Below, in pieces: positions 48,479-58,388 of a stretch of DNA of 64,000 bases. Source of the stretch: Candidatus Poribacteria bacterium (GTDB lineage Bacteria > Poribacteria > WGA-4E > PCPOR2b). How positions within the stretch are numbered: position 1 is the stretch's first letter; each line of letters starts with the position of its first letter. The position numbers were made by a program, and so were the translations under genes. The notes below the pieces were generated by a model, which saw only the letters and a list, made by a program, of their open reading frames with translations, had not been told where the DNA came from and ran no database searches. The stretch is from positions 4,860,404-4,924,403 of the forward strand of contig OZ240245.1 of assembly GCA_965198175.1 (NCBI GenBank), in the 5' to 3' direction.

Positions 48479-49192
48479 TCATTTTTCAACCGACCGCGCG
48501 AGCAACTCCTGCAAGCGGGGCGAAAATTGATTGTAGAGCTCGCGTTTAATCGGCGGCCATTGTCCCGTATGTATATAGATATACCAAGGGAGATAAAGGA
48601 TATTAGCAGCCATGCGATGCTGGTCGTGACTGGTGTTAGCGCCGCTGCGATGCCAGAGTGTGTCGTAGAAAGCGAATACCGAGCCTTTTTTTCCAACGAC
48701 GGGAATTTCCTGAGGATACCGCTCTTGTGTCGGCGAGCGTCGTGAATGGTGACTAAATGGCACAACCATCGTAGCACCATTTTTAGCCGTAAAGTCCGTA
48801 AGCATCCAGAAGACTTGGAGATCTATCGAATAATCTACAAACGCATGAAATCTCTCCCTTGCCGCCCAAGCAGAATGGAGTCCTCCAGGCTTCGCACCAG
48901 GTTTACACCACTTCATCGCTACGTTGTTCGCAAGGATAAAATCATTGCCGAGCACCATCTCCACCAATTCAAGAATCGTGGGATGAGTGCACAGCGGAGC
49001 TAACTCCGGCATTGGATTCAATGCCCCTTCCAAGCTGAGATATCCATTCGTACCCCAGATATGCTCTTTCTGATGCTCCATCAAGGAGCGTGCTTGTGCA
49101 TCAAGATGACCGGCTTCATCGGGATCCAGCTGATCTTCCAATATACAATAGCCTTGCTCGTCCAACTGCCTTTTGGCTTCCGTTAATTCCAT
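48479..49192 (-). CDS. PhyH-family Fe(II)/2-oxoglutarate enzyme with HxA motif (candidate halogenase)
   Basis: PhyH fold motifs LTDFTAKNGAT, LWHRSGAN and HRMA; iron motif reads LHSAW (CAT TCT GCT). Confidence 0.85.
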   Translation of the reverse strand: MELTEAKRQLDEQGYCILEDQLDPDEAGHLDAQARSLMEHQKEHIWGTNGYLSLEGALNPMPELAPLCTHPTILELVEMVLGNDFILANNVAMKWCKPGAKPGGLHSAWAARERFHAFVDYSIDLQVFWMLTDFTAKNGATMVVPFSHHSRRSPTQERYPQEIPVVGKKGSVFAFYDTLWHRSGANTSHDQHRMAANILYLPWYIYIHTGQWPPIKRELYNQFSPRLQELLARSVEK

Positions 49193-49236
49193 TCCCTTCT
49201 GCTTTCTACATTATTGGTAACCATTTAACCGCCGCA

Positions 49237-49941
49237 TTATTCTTCAACCGAACGCGCCAACAGTTCCTGCAATCGCTGCGGGAATTTATTGTAGATATGG
49301 CGCTTCATGATCGGCCAGCCATCTTTGGGTCGGTAGATAAAAGAAGGTACGTAAAAGACGCTGGCAGCCATACGATTTTCATTTTGGGTTGTGTTCGCAC
49401 CGCTGCGATGCCAAAGTCCGTTGACAAAAACTAACACCGACCCCTTTTTCCCGACGATAGGAACTTCTTGTTGATATGTACGGTTGGATGTGGGGCCGCG
49501 CCGGGTATGATGGCTAAAAGGAATAACCGCAGTCGCACCGTTCTTCGCTGTAAAATCCGTGAGCATCCAGAACGCCGCCAATCCTGTGGGCGAAATAGGC
49601 CAAGGTTCGGGTATACTCGGTAACGGCCAATCCACATGTAATCCTCCCGGCCCCGCGCCGGGTTTACACCACTTCATGGCGACATTATTTGCAAGGATAA
49701 AATTCTCCCCGAGCGCCGTTTCTGCCAATTCAAGAATAGTGGGTTCGATGCATAACGGCGCGAGCTCCGGAATGAGGTCCAATGAGCCCTCCAAGCTAAG
49801 ATACTTATCTTGCCCGTGAGCAGACTCCATCAGGGCGCACGCTCGCCTGTTGAGGTAATCGGCTTCGTGCGCATCTATCTGGTCTTCCAACACGCAATAG
49901 CCTTCATCGTCTAATTGTATTTTGGCTTCTTGGGGATCCAT
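49237..49941 (-). CDS. PhyH-family phytanoyl-CoA dioxygenase-like protein
   Basis: LHVDW (HxD), LTDFTAKNGAT, LWHRSGAN and NRMA motifs. Confidence 0.92.
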   Translation of the reverse strand: MDPQEAKIQLDDEGYCVLEDQIDAHEADYLNRRACALMESAHGQDKYLSLEGSLDLIPELAPLCIEPTILELAETALGENFILANNVAMKWCKPGAGPGGLHVDWPLPSIPEPWPISPTGLAAFWMLTDFTAKNGATAVIPFSHHTRRGPTSNRTYQQEVPIVGKKGSVLVFVNGLWHRSGANTTQNENRMAASVFYVPSFIYRPKDGWPIMKRHIYNKFPQRLQELLARSVEE

Positions 49942-50274
49942 GGTCTCTTGCCTGCTATGCCTCCTTGCGCTGAGCAGCCCGATTCAATAAATTGCGATAA
50001 ACTACGCTCACTAAAGTGAACCGGCGTTTGATGACTGGAAAAGTTGTATCGGTTGGTATACTTTTGGGCATTCGCTAGTAGGGTATCGACAATCTGTCTT
50101 TATACGCATACGGGTAAATGTGCAGACAGTTATCAGGTATGTCCATAAAATACGTGAGGGAGTCCGTAGCTTAGTGCCACTGAAACTGAATAAGACGCAC
50201 TAATTTCCCAAGAACTGACAAATATAGAGTGCTCTCAAGCGGAGTCGTTTCAATTTAGGTCAATTTCAATTAGA

Positions 50275-50298
50275 TGAGGCGGGACCGCTCCCGCCTCA
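50275..50298 (-). terminator. GC-rich hairpin downstream of the TonB-dependent receptor
   Basis: TGAGGCGGGA-ccgc-TCCCGCCTCA, a perfect 10-bp stem; U-tract is weak. Confidence 0.45.
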
Positions 50299-50336
50299 AC
50301 TGAGTTATTTAACATCGATCGAGCGACAGATTGCGC

Positions 50337-52814
50337 TTAAAACGCATTCTCCCAGCCGATATAATACAACCCGCCGTTGAAACCAAACGGTGCAGAACGC
50401 CGAGAATAGGTGAATACACCCGGCGAATCAACAATTACGTTGCCCCACGGGTCCACGATTTTTCCGCCTCGCGATTGACCAATATGGTTTTCATCCGGGA
50501 TGACGTTGAACAGGTTATTCGCACCGATTTTGATTCGACCGTACTCACCCAACCCGTAACTAATTTGAATGTCGGTAAGATACTTCGGTGTAAAAGTTTG
50601 GCTCTTACCGCCATCAATCACGGTGTATTCACCATACCGATGGACTGCGTAGTCCACCCCTAGAGAACCGTTGGTATATCGGGTTGACATGGAAACCCGA
50701 TCTTTTGGTTGCCACGTCTCAATGATGGATCGGTCTTGCTCGGTGAAGAGGGATTCAGGGAGATTCGCGGGAAGATTTACGTCGGTAATCTCCGTTTCCG
50801 TATAGTTTGCAGCAAAGCTAAATAAGAGTCTCCCTTGCTCGAACACCGGATAAGTATAGGACGCAACAACATCTATCCCCTGCGTTTGGGTATCGGCCGC
50901 GTTCATGAAAAATTGCGCGCCTGCAACGCCTGAATCGGCGAGACTCTTTCTAATCCCTGACGGAATCCCTTCATTGCCGCTCGCCAAGCGTCCACTAATA
51001 ATTATGCGGTCGCGAATGGTCGCTCGATAAACATCTGCCGTAAGCGTCAAGCGCGGTAGCGGATGGAGGATAAATCCGCTGCTGACATTCACCGCGGTCT
51101 CTTCCGTCAACTCAGGAATTCCGACAGCTTTTGCGATATCGCTATCGTTTCGGAATGTGCCAATTTCTTGGGCGACCGACTGACCATCAACGGTATTAAA
51201 TTGCGTGCTTACGTTGTTGAAATACAGTTGCTGCATAGAGGGCGCGCGAAATCCTGTACTTGCTGAACCACGCAGTGCAAGCTCTTCAATCGGTTCATAG
51301 CGTAGCGCCATCTTGCCGTTGACGGTAGATCCAAAGTCACTATAGTTCTCAACCCGTGCCGCAGGATTGACGAACACCGATCCGATGGGGTTTAGCTCTA
51401 CATCCGTGTAGAAAGCGAAAGCGGTGCGCAGTTCGTTCACCTCATTCGAGGGCTGGAAGCCAGGGAAAACCTGGATGCCGCCTGAAGCGCCACCGGGGCC
51501 ATCATAATCCTTGTACGAAACTTCCTCGCCTGCCGTGATTTGGTAGATGTCGTTCCGAAATCCGCCGCCGACTGCAACGTTTCCCCAGTCCGTAGGAAGC
51601 GAGAAATCGAGGTCCACCGTGTTAAGGAACAGCCGCAGGTCGCCCGCGTCAGCGGATGATGGGCTAGAGCCTTCTGCAGCAACAAGTGAGGCGTTGTGTG
51701 AATTACTGACGTTGAACGCAAAGCTATTGCCGCCCGTGACGACGCTCGCATCCATCCGCAATCCGCTGTTGAACTTCTGCTTAATACCGACTCCTATGGA
51801 GTAATCAAGTACGTTGGTGTTGATTAACGGCAGGAATCCATCGGGATAGTCTGACCCTTCTGGGTTGCGGCTAAGTTGATTGGCTCTTCGGTAGAATCCC
51901 GCGCTGGTGTTTTGTCGATTTGAATAATCAAGGAAACTGTAGAAGGTGGCGCCTTGCCAAATGCTGTCAATCGGCTTGTCCAAGCTCAAAACTACGGCAC
52001 CTTGGCGAGATTCCGCATCGCCGATACGGAAATTTTGGCGGTCAAAGCTATGCTCTTTGTTGCCAGCGTCATTTACTAGCTGGACAGGACTACCCTCTTT
52101 AACTTCGCTACCAGGGTACTGAACCACGCCCGTCAAGCCGGCACGGTTGGTCGGCTGTCTGTCTCGATATTCAATTGCGCCGTGAATAGTACCGTCATTT
52201 CCGAATTTGAACCCTTTATGGGCGTTCAGTGAGAACGTTTCACCGTCGCCGGCGTAAGTGGATCCGTACGAGTATCCTAATCCTCCCTCGTAGTCATCTT
52301 TTAGCACAAGGTTGATGACGCCAGCGAGCGCATCTGAACCGTACTGCGCTGAAGCACCATCGCGCAAAATCTCGATCCGTTTGATGGCACTTGCGGGAAT
52401 CGCATTCAAATCCACGCCCGCTGTGCCGCGACCGACAGAGGTGTTGACGTGAATTAATGCACTTCCGTGACGCCGCTTTCCGTTCACGAGCACAAGTACC
52501 TGATCGGGGCCCAAGCCTCTGAGCGTCGCGGGACGTAGCGCATCCGTACCGTCGCTAATCGATGAACTCGAAAAGTTAAATGACGGTGCCAATGTCTGTA
52601 GCACACGACCCACTTCGGTATGTCCCGTCTTTCGGATCGCGTCTTCGTTGATGACATCAACCGGCACCGGCGAATCGAGCCTACTCCGCTCCGGCACACG
52701 CGTACCAACAGTGATAATCTCTTCTATCTCGATTGAGGTTGTCGCCTCCTCCGCCCTAAGAGGAAGTGCGAACAATACAAGCATTGAAAGTGCAACAAAA
52801 AGTCTGAGTTTCAT
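50337..52814 (-). CDS. TonB-dependent outer-membrane receptor
   Basis: Signal peptide; EEIITVGTR; plug motifs LRGLGPDQVLVLVNGKRRH and RIEILRDGASAQYGSDALAGVIN; GFRAPS; C-terminal Phe. Confidence 0.95.
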   Translation of the reverse strand: MKLRLFVALSMLVLFALPLRAEEATTSIEIEEIITVGTRVPERSRLDSPVPVDVINEDAIRKTGHTEVGRVLQTLAPSFNFSSSSISDGTDALRPATLRGLGPDQVLVLVNGKRRHGSALIHVNTSVGRGTAGVDLNAIPASAIKRIEILRDGASAQYGSDALAGVINLVLKDDYEGGLGYSYGSTYAGDGETFSLNAHKGFKFGNDGTIHGAIEYRDRQPTNRAGLTGVVQYPGSEVKEGSPVQLVNDAGNKEHSFDRQNFRIGDAESRQGAVVLSLDKPIDSIWQGATFYSFLDYSNRQNTSAGFYRRANQLSRNPEGSDYPDGFLPLINTNVLDYSIGVGIKQKFNSGLRMDASVVTGGNSFAFNVSNSHNASLVAAEGSSPSSADAGDLRLFLNTVDLDFSLPTDWGNVAVGGGFRNDIYQITAGEEVSYKDYDGPGGASGGIQVFPGFQPSNEVNELRTAFAFYTDVELNPIGSVFVNPAARVENYSDFGSTVNGKMALRYEPIEELALRGSASTGFRAPSMQQLYFNNVSTQFNTVDGQSVAQEIGTFRNDSDIAKAVGIPELTEETAVNVSSGFILHPLPRLTLTADVYRATIRDRIIISGRLASGNEGIPSGIRKSLADSGVAGAQFFMNAADTQTQGIDVVASYTYPVFEQGRLLFSFAANYTETEITDVNLPANLPESLFTEQDRSIIETWQPKDRVSMSTRYTNGSLGVDYAVHRYGEYTVIDGGKSQTFTPKYLTDIQISYGLGEYGRIKIGANNLFNVIPDENHIGQSRGGKIVDPWGNVIVDSPGVFTYSRRSAPFGFNGGLYYIGWENAF

Positions 52815-52942
52815 AAGTTCCTCCTGCAATTTTGAAAAATTAAACAAGTAGTGCGCGTAGTGCGCGATTAGAATTTACTGAAAACCCGTATCACTCGATT
52901 TTTTCTGTGAAATACGTTGTTCAGCTGTTCATTACAAAATAG

Positions 52943-53656
52943 TCACCCTGAATTCAGTTTGATGGCTTGTGTACCAAAACGCCGGCGGGCGTAAGCAAGA
53001 CGTTCTGGATCGCCTACGTCAATCCAATTGATTGCTGCTTTGAGCACATAAAGATTTTGCACATACGGAAAGACATCCTTCTCGATAGAAAACGCATCTT
53101 GATCAGGGAAGTAATTCGCCATTGACTGATTGAAGAGATACACGCCAGCATTGATACAGCCAGGCCGCTGAATCGGTTGTTTTTCACGAAACCCTGTAAT
53201 CCTATCCTGATCATCCGAAGCAATCTCGCCATAAGTACTGATGTCCTCGGCCAACACACCCAGTAATATGCCCTCTGTTTCTCGTTGAAGTTGAAAGCGA
53301 TTCAACATCGTAGATAGAGCAAAATCTTCCAACAACACATCGCCATTCAGCACAAAAAAGGGAGAAGTACAAATATACTGCATTGCATGTTTGATTGCGC
53401 CACCCGTATCCAACCTTTTCTCCTCTTTGGCGAAGTGCATTGACACACCACCGTAACTTGCCCCGACTGCCTTAACTAGCGTATCATGCAAGTGCCCAGA
53501 TGCCAGGATGACTTCATCAACGCCCGCTTGCTTCAATAGTTCGATTTGCCACTCAAGAACCGTCCGCCCCCGTATATCCAACAGGATTTTCGGTATGATT
53601 TTTGTTATGTCGCCAAGCCGTGTCGAACGTCCACCGCATAAAATAATGGCTTGCAT
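52943..53656 (-). CDS. Sugar-phosphate nucleotidyltransferase (GMPP/HddC-like)
   Basis: ILCGGRSTRL, PKIL, DTGGAI, VLNGDV, INAGVY and WIDVG motifs. Confidence 0.9.
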   Translation of the reverse strand: MQAIILCGGRSTRLGDITKIIPKILLDIRGRTVLEWQIELLKQAGVDEVILASGHLHDTLVKAVGASYGGVSMHFAKEEKRLDTGGAIKHAMQYICTSPFFVLNGDVLLEDFALSTMLNRFQLQRETEGILLGVLAEDISTYGEIASDDQDRITGFREKQPIQRPGCINAGVYLFNQSMANYFPDQDAFSIEKDVFPYVQNLYVLKAAINWIDVGDPERLAYARRRFGTQAIKLNSG

Positions 53657-53703
53657 CAACCATTCCTTTCTACGTTTTCACTCACAATGTTGATGAAAAA
53701 GCA

Positions 53704-54084
53704 TCAAGCATACGCGCGAAACTGAAATGCGTTTTCGATGTGGTGCAGATCGATGAGTTCGCATTTCAACGAAAGGAAAACTGCAATAACATCGAATCGG
53801 CAGGCGGCATCTAAAAGATTATGCTTTTGTAGGTAACCCAAAGCGACCTTCGAAATCTGTTTTTGCTTGGTGGGTGTCACAGCGGTTTGGGGGGTGCCAA
53901 ACTTGAGACTACGACGTGTCTTGACTTCGACGAATACAGTACGTCTCCCTTGCCGAGCGATGAGGTCAATTTCACCGAAACGCAGGCGATAATTCTGCTC
54001 AAGTATCTGATAGTTCTGCGCTTTGAGATAATCGACGGCAAACGTTTCGCCAATCTTTCCAATCTTTATTTTCGAGTTGCTCAT
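53704..54084 (-). CDS. yraN: YraN (UPF0102) family nuclease-like protein
   Basis: GKIGE, GEIDLI, FVEVKTR, RFDVIA and HIENAF motifs; adjacent to rnhB. Confidence 0.92.
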   Translation of the reverse strand: MSNSKIKIGKIGETFAVDYLKAQNYQILEQNYRLRFGEIDLIARQGRRTVFVEVKTRRSLKFGTPQTAVTPTKQKQISKVALGYLQKHNLLDAACRFDVIAVFLSLKCELIDLHHIENAFQFRAYA

Positions 54085-54085
54085 G

Positions 54086-54685
54086 TTAATGAAGTTTAAA
54101 ACTACGTCGATGAATTGGACAGTCCCCAACTTCAGAGATTGCCTGGCGATGCTGGCGTGTGCCGTATCCTTTGTGATGTTGGAAACCGTAGTGTGGATAA
54201 ACCCTGTCTAACTCAATCATAAAGCGGTCCCGATTAACTTTTGCGATGATGGAAGCAGCGGCAATTGATTGGTAGAGCGTATCTCCCTTTGGAATGGCTT
54301 GGGCGCGAAAGGGGATAGGAGGAAGTTGTGTGCCATCAACGAGAACATAATCTGGAAATGGACAAATCCGCTCAATGGCTTGACGCATCGCTAACATTGT
54401 CGCTTGGAGTATATTCACTCGATCGATTTCTTCGTTGTCTACACAGCCAACACTGATAGCTACCGCTGATTTCTGAATTTCAACAAACAAAACGTCGCGT
54501 TGCTTGGGTGTCAACTGTTTTGAATCCGTCAGCCCTGGGATGCGGCAGCTGAACGGAAGAATAACGGCTGAAGCAACGACTGGCCCTGCTAAGGCTCCTC
54601 GCCCAGCTTCGTCAACCCCTGCGATATGTTGACAACCTTGCTGTTGTAGAAAGCGTTCAAATGGTTGTATCGTTACCTCGTTCAT
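54086..54685 (-). CDS. rnhB: Ribonuclease HII
   Basis: GVDEAGRGALAGPV, DSKQL, VDG, SIAAASIIAKV, HKGYGT and HRRSF motifs. Confidence 0.97.
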   Translation of the reverse strand: MNEVTIQPFERFLQQQGCQHIAGVDEAGRGALAGPVVASAVILPFSCRIPGLTDSKQLTPKQRDVLFVEIQKSAVAISVGCVDNEEIDRVNILQATMLAMRQAIERICPFPDYVLVDGTQLPPIPFRAQAIPKGDTLYQSIAAASIIAKVNRDRFMIELDRVYPHYGFQHHKGYGTRQHRQAISEVGDCPIHRRSFKLH

Positions 54686-54902
54686 CTATACCACCAACAA
54701 ACGCTAATTCATCTCAAATGAGTTATTGAAGATTAAGCCAAGTAATTGAAAGGACAGTGGCGTCTCCAAAAGACGGCGTTTGAAATCTATTTTGTATTCC
54801 CTGTTTACCTCACATCTTTCTTCTGGTGGAAGCCTTTGGCTCGGATAGTCGATCGTTGTGCTTACGGAACACATGTATATCCATACGGGAAATCTTATGG
54901 CG

Positions 54903-56081
54903 CTATTCGGCAACGTAAACCTCTTCGGCGGCTTCTACTCCTGTTAACTGCGAAACGTTCGGCAATAAATCTCCAAGTGCGGATAGCAGGCGAATGACGC
55001 TCTCTTTGCGACAAGACTCGCCCATGAGCCCAATCCGCCACGCTTTTCCTTTGAAAACGCCGAGTCCACCGCCAATCTCAATATTATATTCTTTCAACAA
55101 CCGGCGACGGATGGTTGTATCATCCACACCTCCGGGGATAGATACCGAAGTCAGCATTGGGGCACGGCATCCCTCTTGTGCAATCTGCTTAACACCGATT
55201 GATTCCAATCCAACTGCCAGTGCCTGAGAATGCAGTTTATGACGGTGATATCGCTGAGATAGCCCCTCTTCGTGAACTAGCTTCAGTGCTTCATTGATGG
55301 CGTACATCATTGAGATAGGGGCGGTATGGTGGTAAAGCCGGTTTTCGCCCCAGTATTCAGAAATCATCCGTATATCAAGGTACCAGCTTTGAACCTCGGT
55401 TTTTCGCCGGTGGACGATTTCAACTGCTCGATCGCTAAAGCTAACTGGAGAAAGCCCCGGTGGACAACTCAGGCATTTCTGTGTACCGCTATAAGTTACA
55501 TCAATTCCTGTAGCATCCAGATTGACAGGAACACCACTCAGCGAAGTGACGCAGTCCACAAGCAGCAGCGCATCGTAACGTTTTGCCAATGCAGAAATAT
55601 CGTCCAACGGTTGTAAGACGCCCGTTGACGTTTCTGCGTGAACGATACATACCATTTTGGCGTTCACCGCTTTAAGCTTGTTTTCAACATCCTCAGGGTC
55701 AATAATCCTTCCCCAGTCCCCTTCAACAACATGCAGATTCCCCCTGCATCGTTTCACAATATCAGCCATTCGTGTACCAAAAACCCCGTTGACACAAACA
55801 ACGACTTCATCTCCCGGCTCTATCAGATTGCACAAGGTGGCTTCCATACCAGCGCTGCCTGTTGCAGACACTGGAAATGTCAACTGATTTTGGGTGCCAA
55901 ATACGCCGCGCAGCAGTTCCATGGTCTCATCCATCAAATCTAGGAAAACAGGATCTAAATGTCCAATCAGGGGTTGGCTCATTGCTGCAAGGACGCGCGG
56001 ATGTGTGTTGCTGGGACCGGGTCCCATCAGAAGGCGTCTTGGAATTTGTTGTGAACCCCGTTTTAATTGGGATGTGCTCAT
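54903..56081 (-). CDS. Alanine-glyoxylate/serine-pyruvate aminotransferase (class V)
   Basis: LMGPGPS, HAETSTGV, SGTQKCLSCPPG, YHHTAP and WRIGLMG motifs. Confidence 0.95.
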   Translation of the reverse strand: MSTSQLKRGSQQIPRRLLMGPGPSNTHPRVLAAMSQPLIGHLDPVFLDLMDETMELLRGVFGTQNQLTFPVSATGSAGMEATLCNLIEPGDEVVVCVNGVFGTRMADIVKRCRGNLHVVEGDWGRIIDPEDVENKLKAVNAKMVCIVHAETSTGVLQPLDDISALAKRYDALLLVDCVTSLSGVPVNLDATGIDVTYSGTQKCLSCPPGLSPVSFSDRAVEIVHRRKTEVQSWYLDIRMISEYWGENRLYHHTAPISMMYAINEALKLVHEEGLSQRYHRHKLHSQALAVGLESIGVKQIAQEGCRAPMLTSVSIPGGVDDTTIRRRLLKEYNIEIGGGLGVFKGKAWRIGLMGESCRKESVIRLLSALGDLLPNVSQLTGVEAAEEVYVAE

Positions 56082-56211
56082 CCAGTAAAACTCCAATCTT
56101 AGTGAAGGTTAGGCAAAACTCTGAATCGAAGCCGTTTGCGCTGCTTGTAAAAGCAACATTTCTGTATTGGTCAAGAGGATGTTTTACACACGTTGCTGCT
56201 TCCATCGAAGA

Positions 56212-56245
56212 ATCCTCCCCCTTGCTAAGGGGGAGCTAGGGGGGT
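56212..56245. repeat. Palindromic repeat family B, copy 2
   Basis: 28 nt identical to 9333-9360. Confidence 0.85.
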
Positions 56246-56632
56246 TAGGTGCTTTGCACCCGTGCCAAATCCGATAGCTGGTCTGAATTTGGAAATCTAG
56301 ACCAAGCGAGACATAGTCGTCAATGTCTATCATCCCCGTGACCAAAACATAAAAGCAACATTTCCCTTTATTGCATTAACTTAGGTTGCGACCTATCGAA
56401 AATTAGAGTATTCTGTATGTCCATCGCTGCTCTGCTAATGCCACCAAATCGATAGATGGTTACTACAGGTAGTGCCCAAAGATGTTTTGCACACCCCATA
56501 GGGGCAACTTGAGTTACAGTAACACAAACCCTTGTGGAATGTCAACCGATTTCGGTGGCTAAAGGAAGCCCATCTTACAGTGAAGCAATACAATCGTTCT
56601 AAACTTGTCTGAATCCCGCTACAGTAAGCCTG

Positions 56633-57988
56633 TTATCTCTGTAGACGAATGAGCATAGGATAATCGGGCACATACAAATCGCGAATTCGAGTGCTTCCAA
56701 CACCGCCCTCAAAATCCAAGTCTTGCTGGTAGCCGTGCAGCACATCCATACCGCTCGCACTGCTGGCGGCCATCTGGCACATTAGGTCGGCAACCACGCC
56801 AGAGTCGTCGTCAACCGCCACCCCATTCGACCACAGGGCAATCAGTCGATCGCCATTTGGCAGTTGAAATCCGTAATGGACAACCTCAGACGACTCGGTC
56901 TGCAACACAACGGGGAGGTCCGCTGCCCGAGCGCCCGCAAGAATCGTGCACAGGCGGCGGGTCACGTCCGGGCATTTGCCCGGAAACATGCCGCTTACAG
57001 TTACCGTTATGCCAAGACCCCGGTGCATCACTATGGTACGCGCGATGTATTTGGCGGAAACGATCGCGGTCACTGGTCCTTGCGGTTCGTCCGCACGCTC
57101 GACCCGCCATAGCGCTTCTTCAACAAGATATTCTCCCTTAAAGCCCTGTACGGTTGCCAAGCGCTGAATTTCCTCAACCATCCGGGGGTAGTTCTGGTAG
57201 TACGGATCCTCCGGACGATGCCCGTAGAACGGATGCCAAGAGATCACATCAACTAGTGGGGCAACGCCGGAACAGAGCACCTCTTCCAAGTATTCGCGGT
57301 GGAGCGTATAGCGGTTAGCGTTCTCATACCCAGGGAATTTTGGCTGCCACCATCCGCCGATGGCACCAATGACTATCTTGGCTTCTGGCGCCTCCTCGCG
57401 TATCGTCGGTGCAACATGCCTAACAAGTCTCGCATAGTCAATCGGAGGGATGCGACCCCAATCAGTGCCAGTATCCGGTTCGTTCCAAATCTCGAAGTAG
57501 CGGACGCGGTTTTTGAACTGTTGAACGAGCGTTCGTACGTACTCTCGGTAGTCGTCCATCGCTGACGGTGTTAACCGCCACATATCGTCCTCGCGGGACC
57601 GACCATCGCCGACGCCCATGGTCATCACCACCGTTATACCGCCTTCAGCGAGATCAGTCACAAACTTATCCGGCGCAGGGTCGATCGCATAACTGCCCGG
57701 CGCCCTGCGAACCCGTTGCCAGTTAAGCCCGCTGTTCCAGAATCCTAGCCGCACCCATTTGAGTCCTAAATCAAAGATGTGGTTGGCAACATTGGGATCG
57801 CTGCCGTAGTCCCCTCCAATACGGTTATCTAGGAGATCCGGTGAACGTTTGACTTCAATGCTGGTCTTAGCCATCGTATTTCCTTCCTGAATCATGTAAG
57901 CTACATTCGCTTCTGAGATCATTGACGCAACAAAGATTGCCACCATCGTCCATACCAATACGACAGCCCGCCATTGTGTTTTCTTCAC
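56633..57988 (-). CDS. Clan GH-A glycoside hydrolase-like protein (GH5/GH39-like)
   Basis: FEIWNEPD acid/base motif, ISWHPFY and YLVEE putative nucleophile; hydrophobic N-terminus. Confidence 0.8.
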   Translation of the reverse strand: MKKTQWRAVVLVWTMVAIFVASMISEANVAYMIQEGNTMAKTSIEVKRSPDLLDNRIGGDYGSDPNVANHIFDLGLKWVRLGFWNSGLNWQRVRRAPGSYAIDPAPDKFVTDLAEGGITVVMTMGVGDGRSREDDMWRLTPSAMDDYREYVRTLVQQFKNRVRYFEIWNEPDTGTDWGRIPPIDYARLVRHVAPTIREEAPEAKIVIGAIGGWWQPKFPGYENANRYTLHREYLEEVLCSGVAPLVDVISWHPFYGHRPEDPYYQNYPRMVEEIQRLATVQGFKGEYLVEEALWRVERADEPQGPVTAIVSAKYIARTIVMHRGLGITVTVSGMFPGKCPDVTRRLCTILAGARAADLPVVLQTESSEVVHYGFQLPNGDRLIALWSNGVAVDDDSGVVADLMCQMAASSASGMDVLHGYQQDLDFEGGVGSTRIRDLYVPDYPMLIRLQR

Positions 57989-58388
57989 TCGCCAGACCTC
58001 CAGGATCCAAACCTCGCTTTATCGCCGCATCGGCGGAATGATAGCAGTTCGTTGATAACTCTACCACAACAGAAACAGAATTCAGGCGCTTGAACTTGAT
58101 GGTCGGTGCATTAGCGATCCTTTCAATTTCACGCAGAACACTTAACAATTGCCGACTTATTTGACGCTCTCGAAACAGCACGCTAATATGTCCTTCTTCG
58201 CTGTAAGAAAGCGCAAGATATTGTTCTCTTGGCTTCGTCAAGCGTTGATGGCTCAGTCATGCCGGACTGCGGCGAAACAAAAGAAGATTATCATCAAAGT
58301 ATACCTGATGTTGTCCTAAAAAGGAAGTCTATTTTAACGGACATTCATCACTCCACCCCCATTCCTTGGGTAAAGTTGTGTTCACCTC

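Noticed and set aside
52815..52942. Cobalamin or TPP riboswitch, or Fur box, upstream of the TonB-dependent receptor
   Set aside because: The region is short and has no recognisable consensus; the substrate is left unassigned.
56465..56500. GGTAGTGCCCAAAG, similar to an IS1 terminus
   Set aside because: No partner end or transposase remnant was identified.
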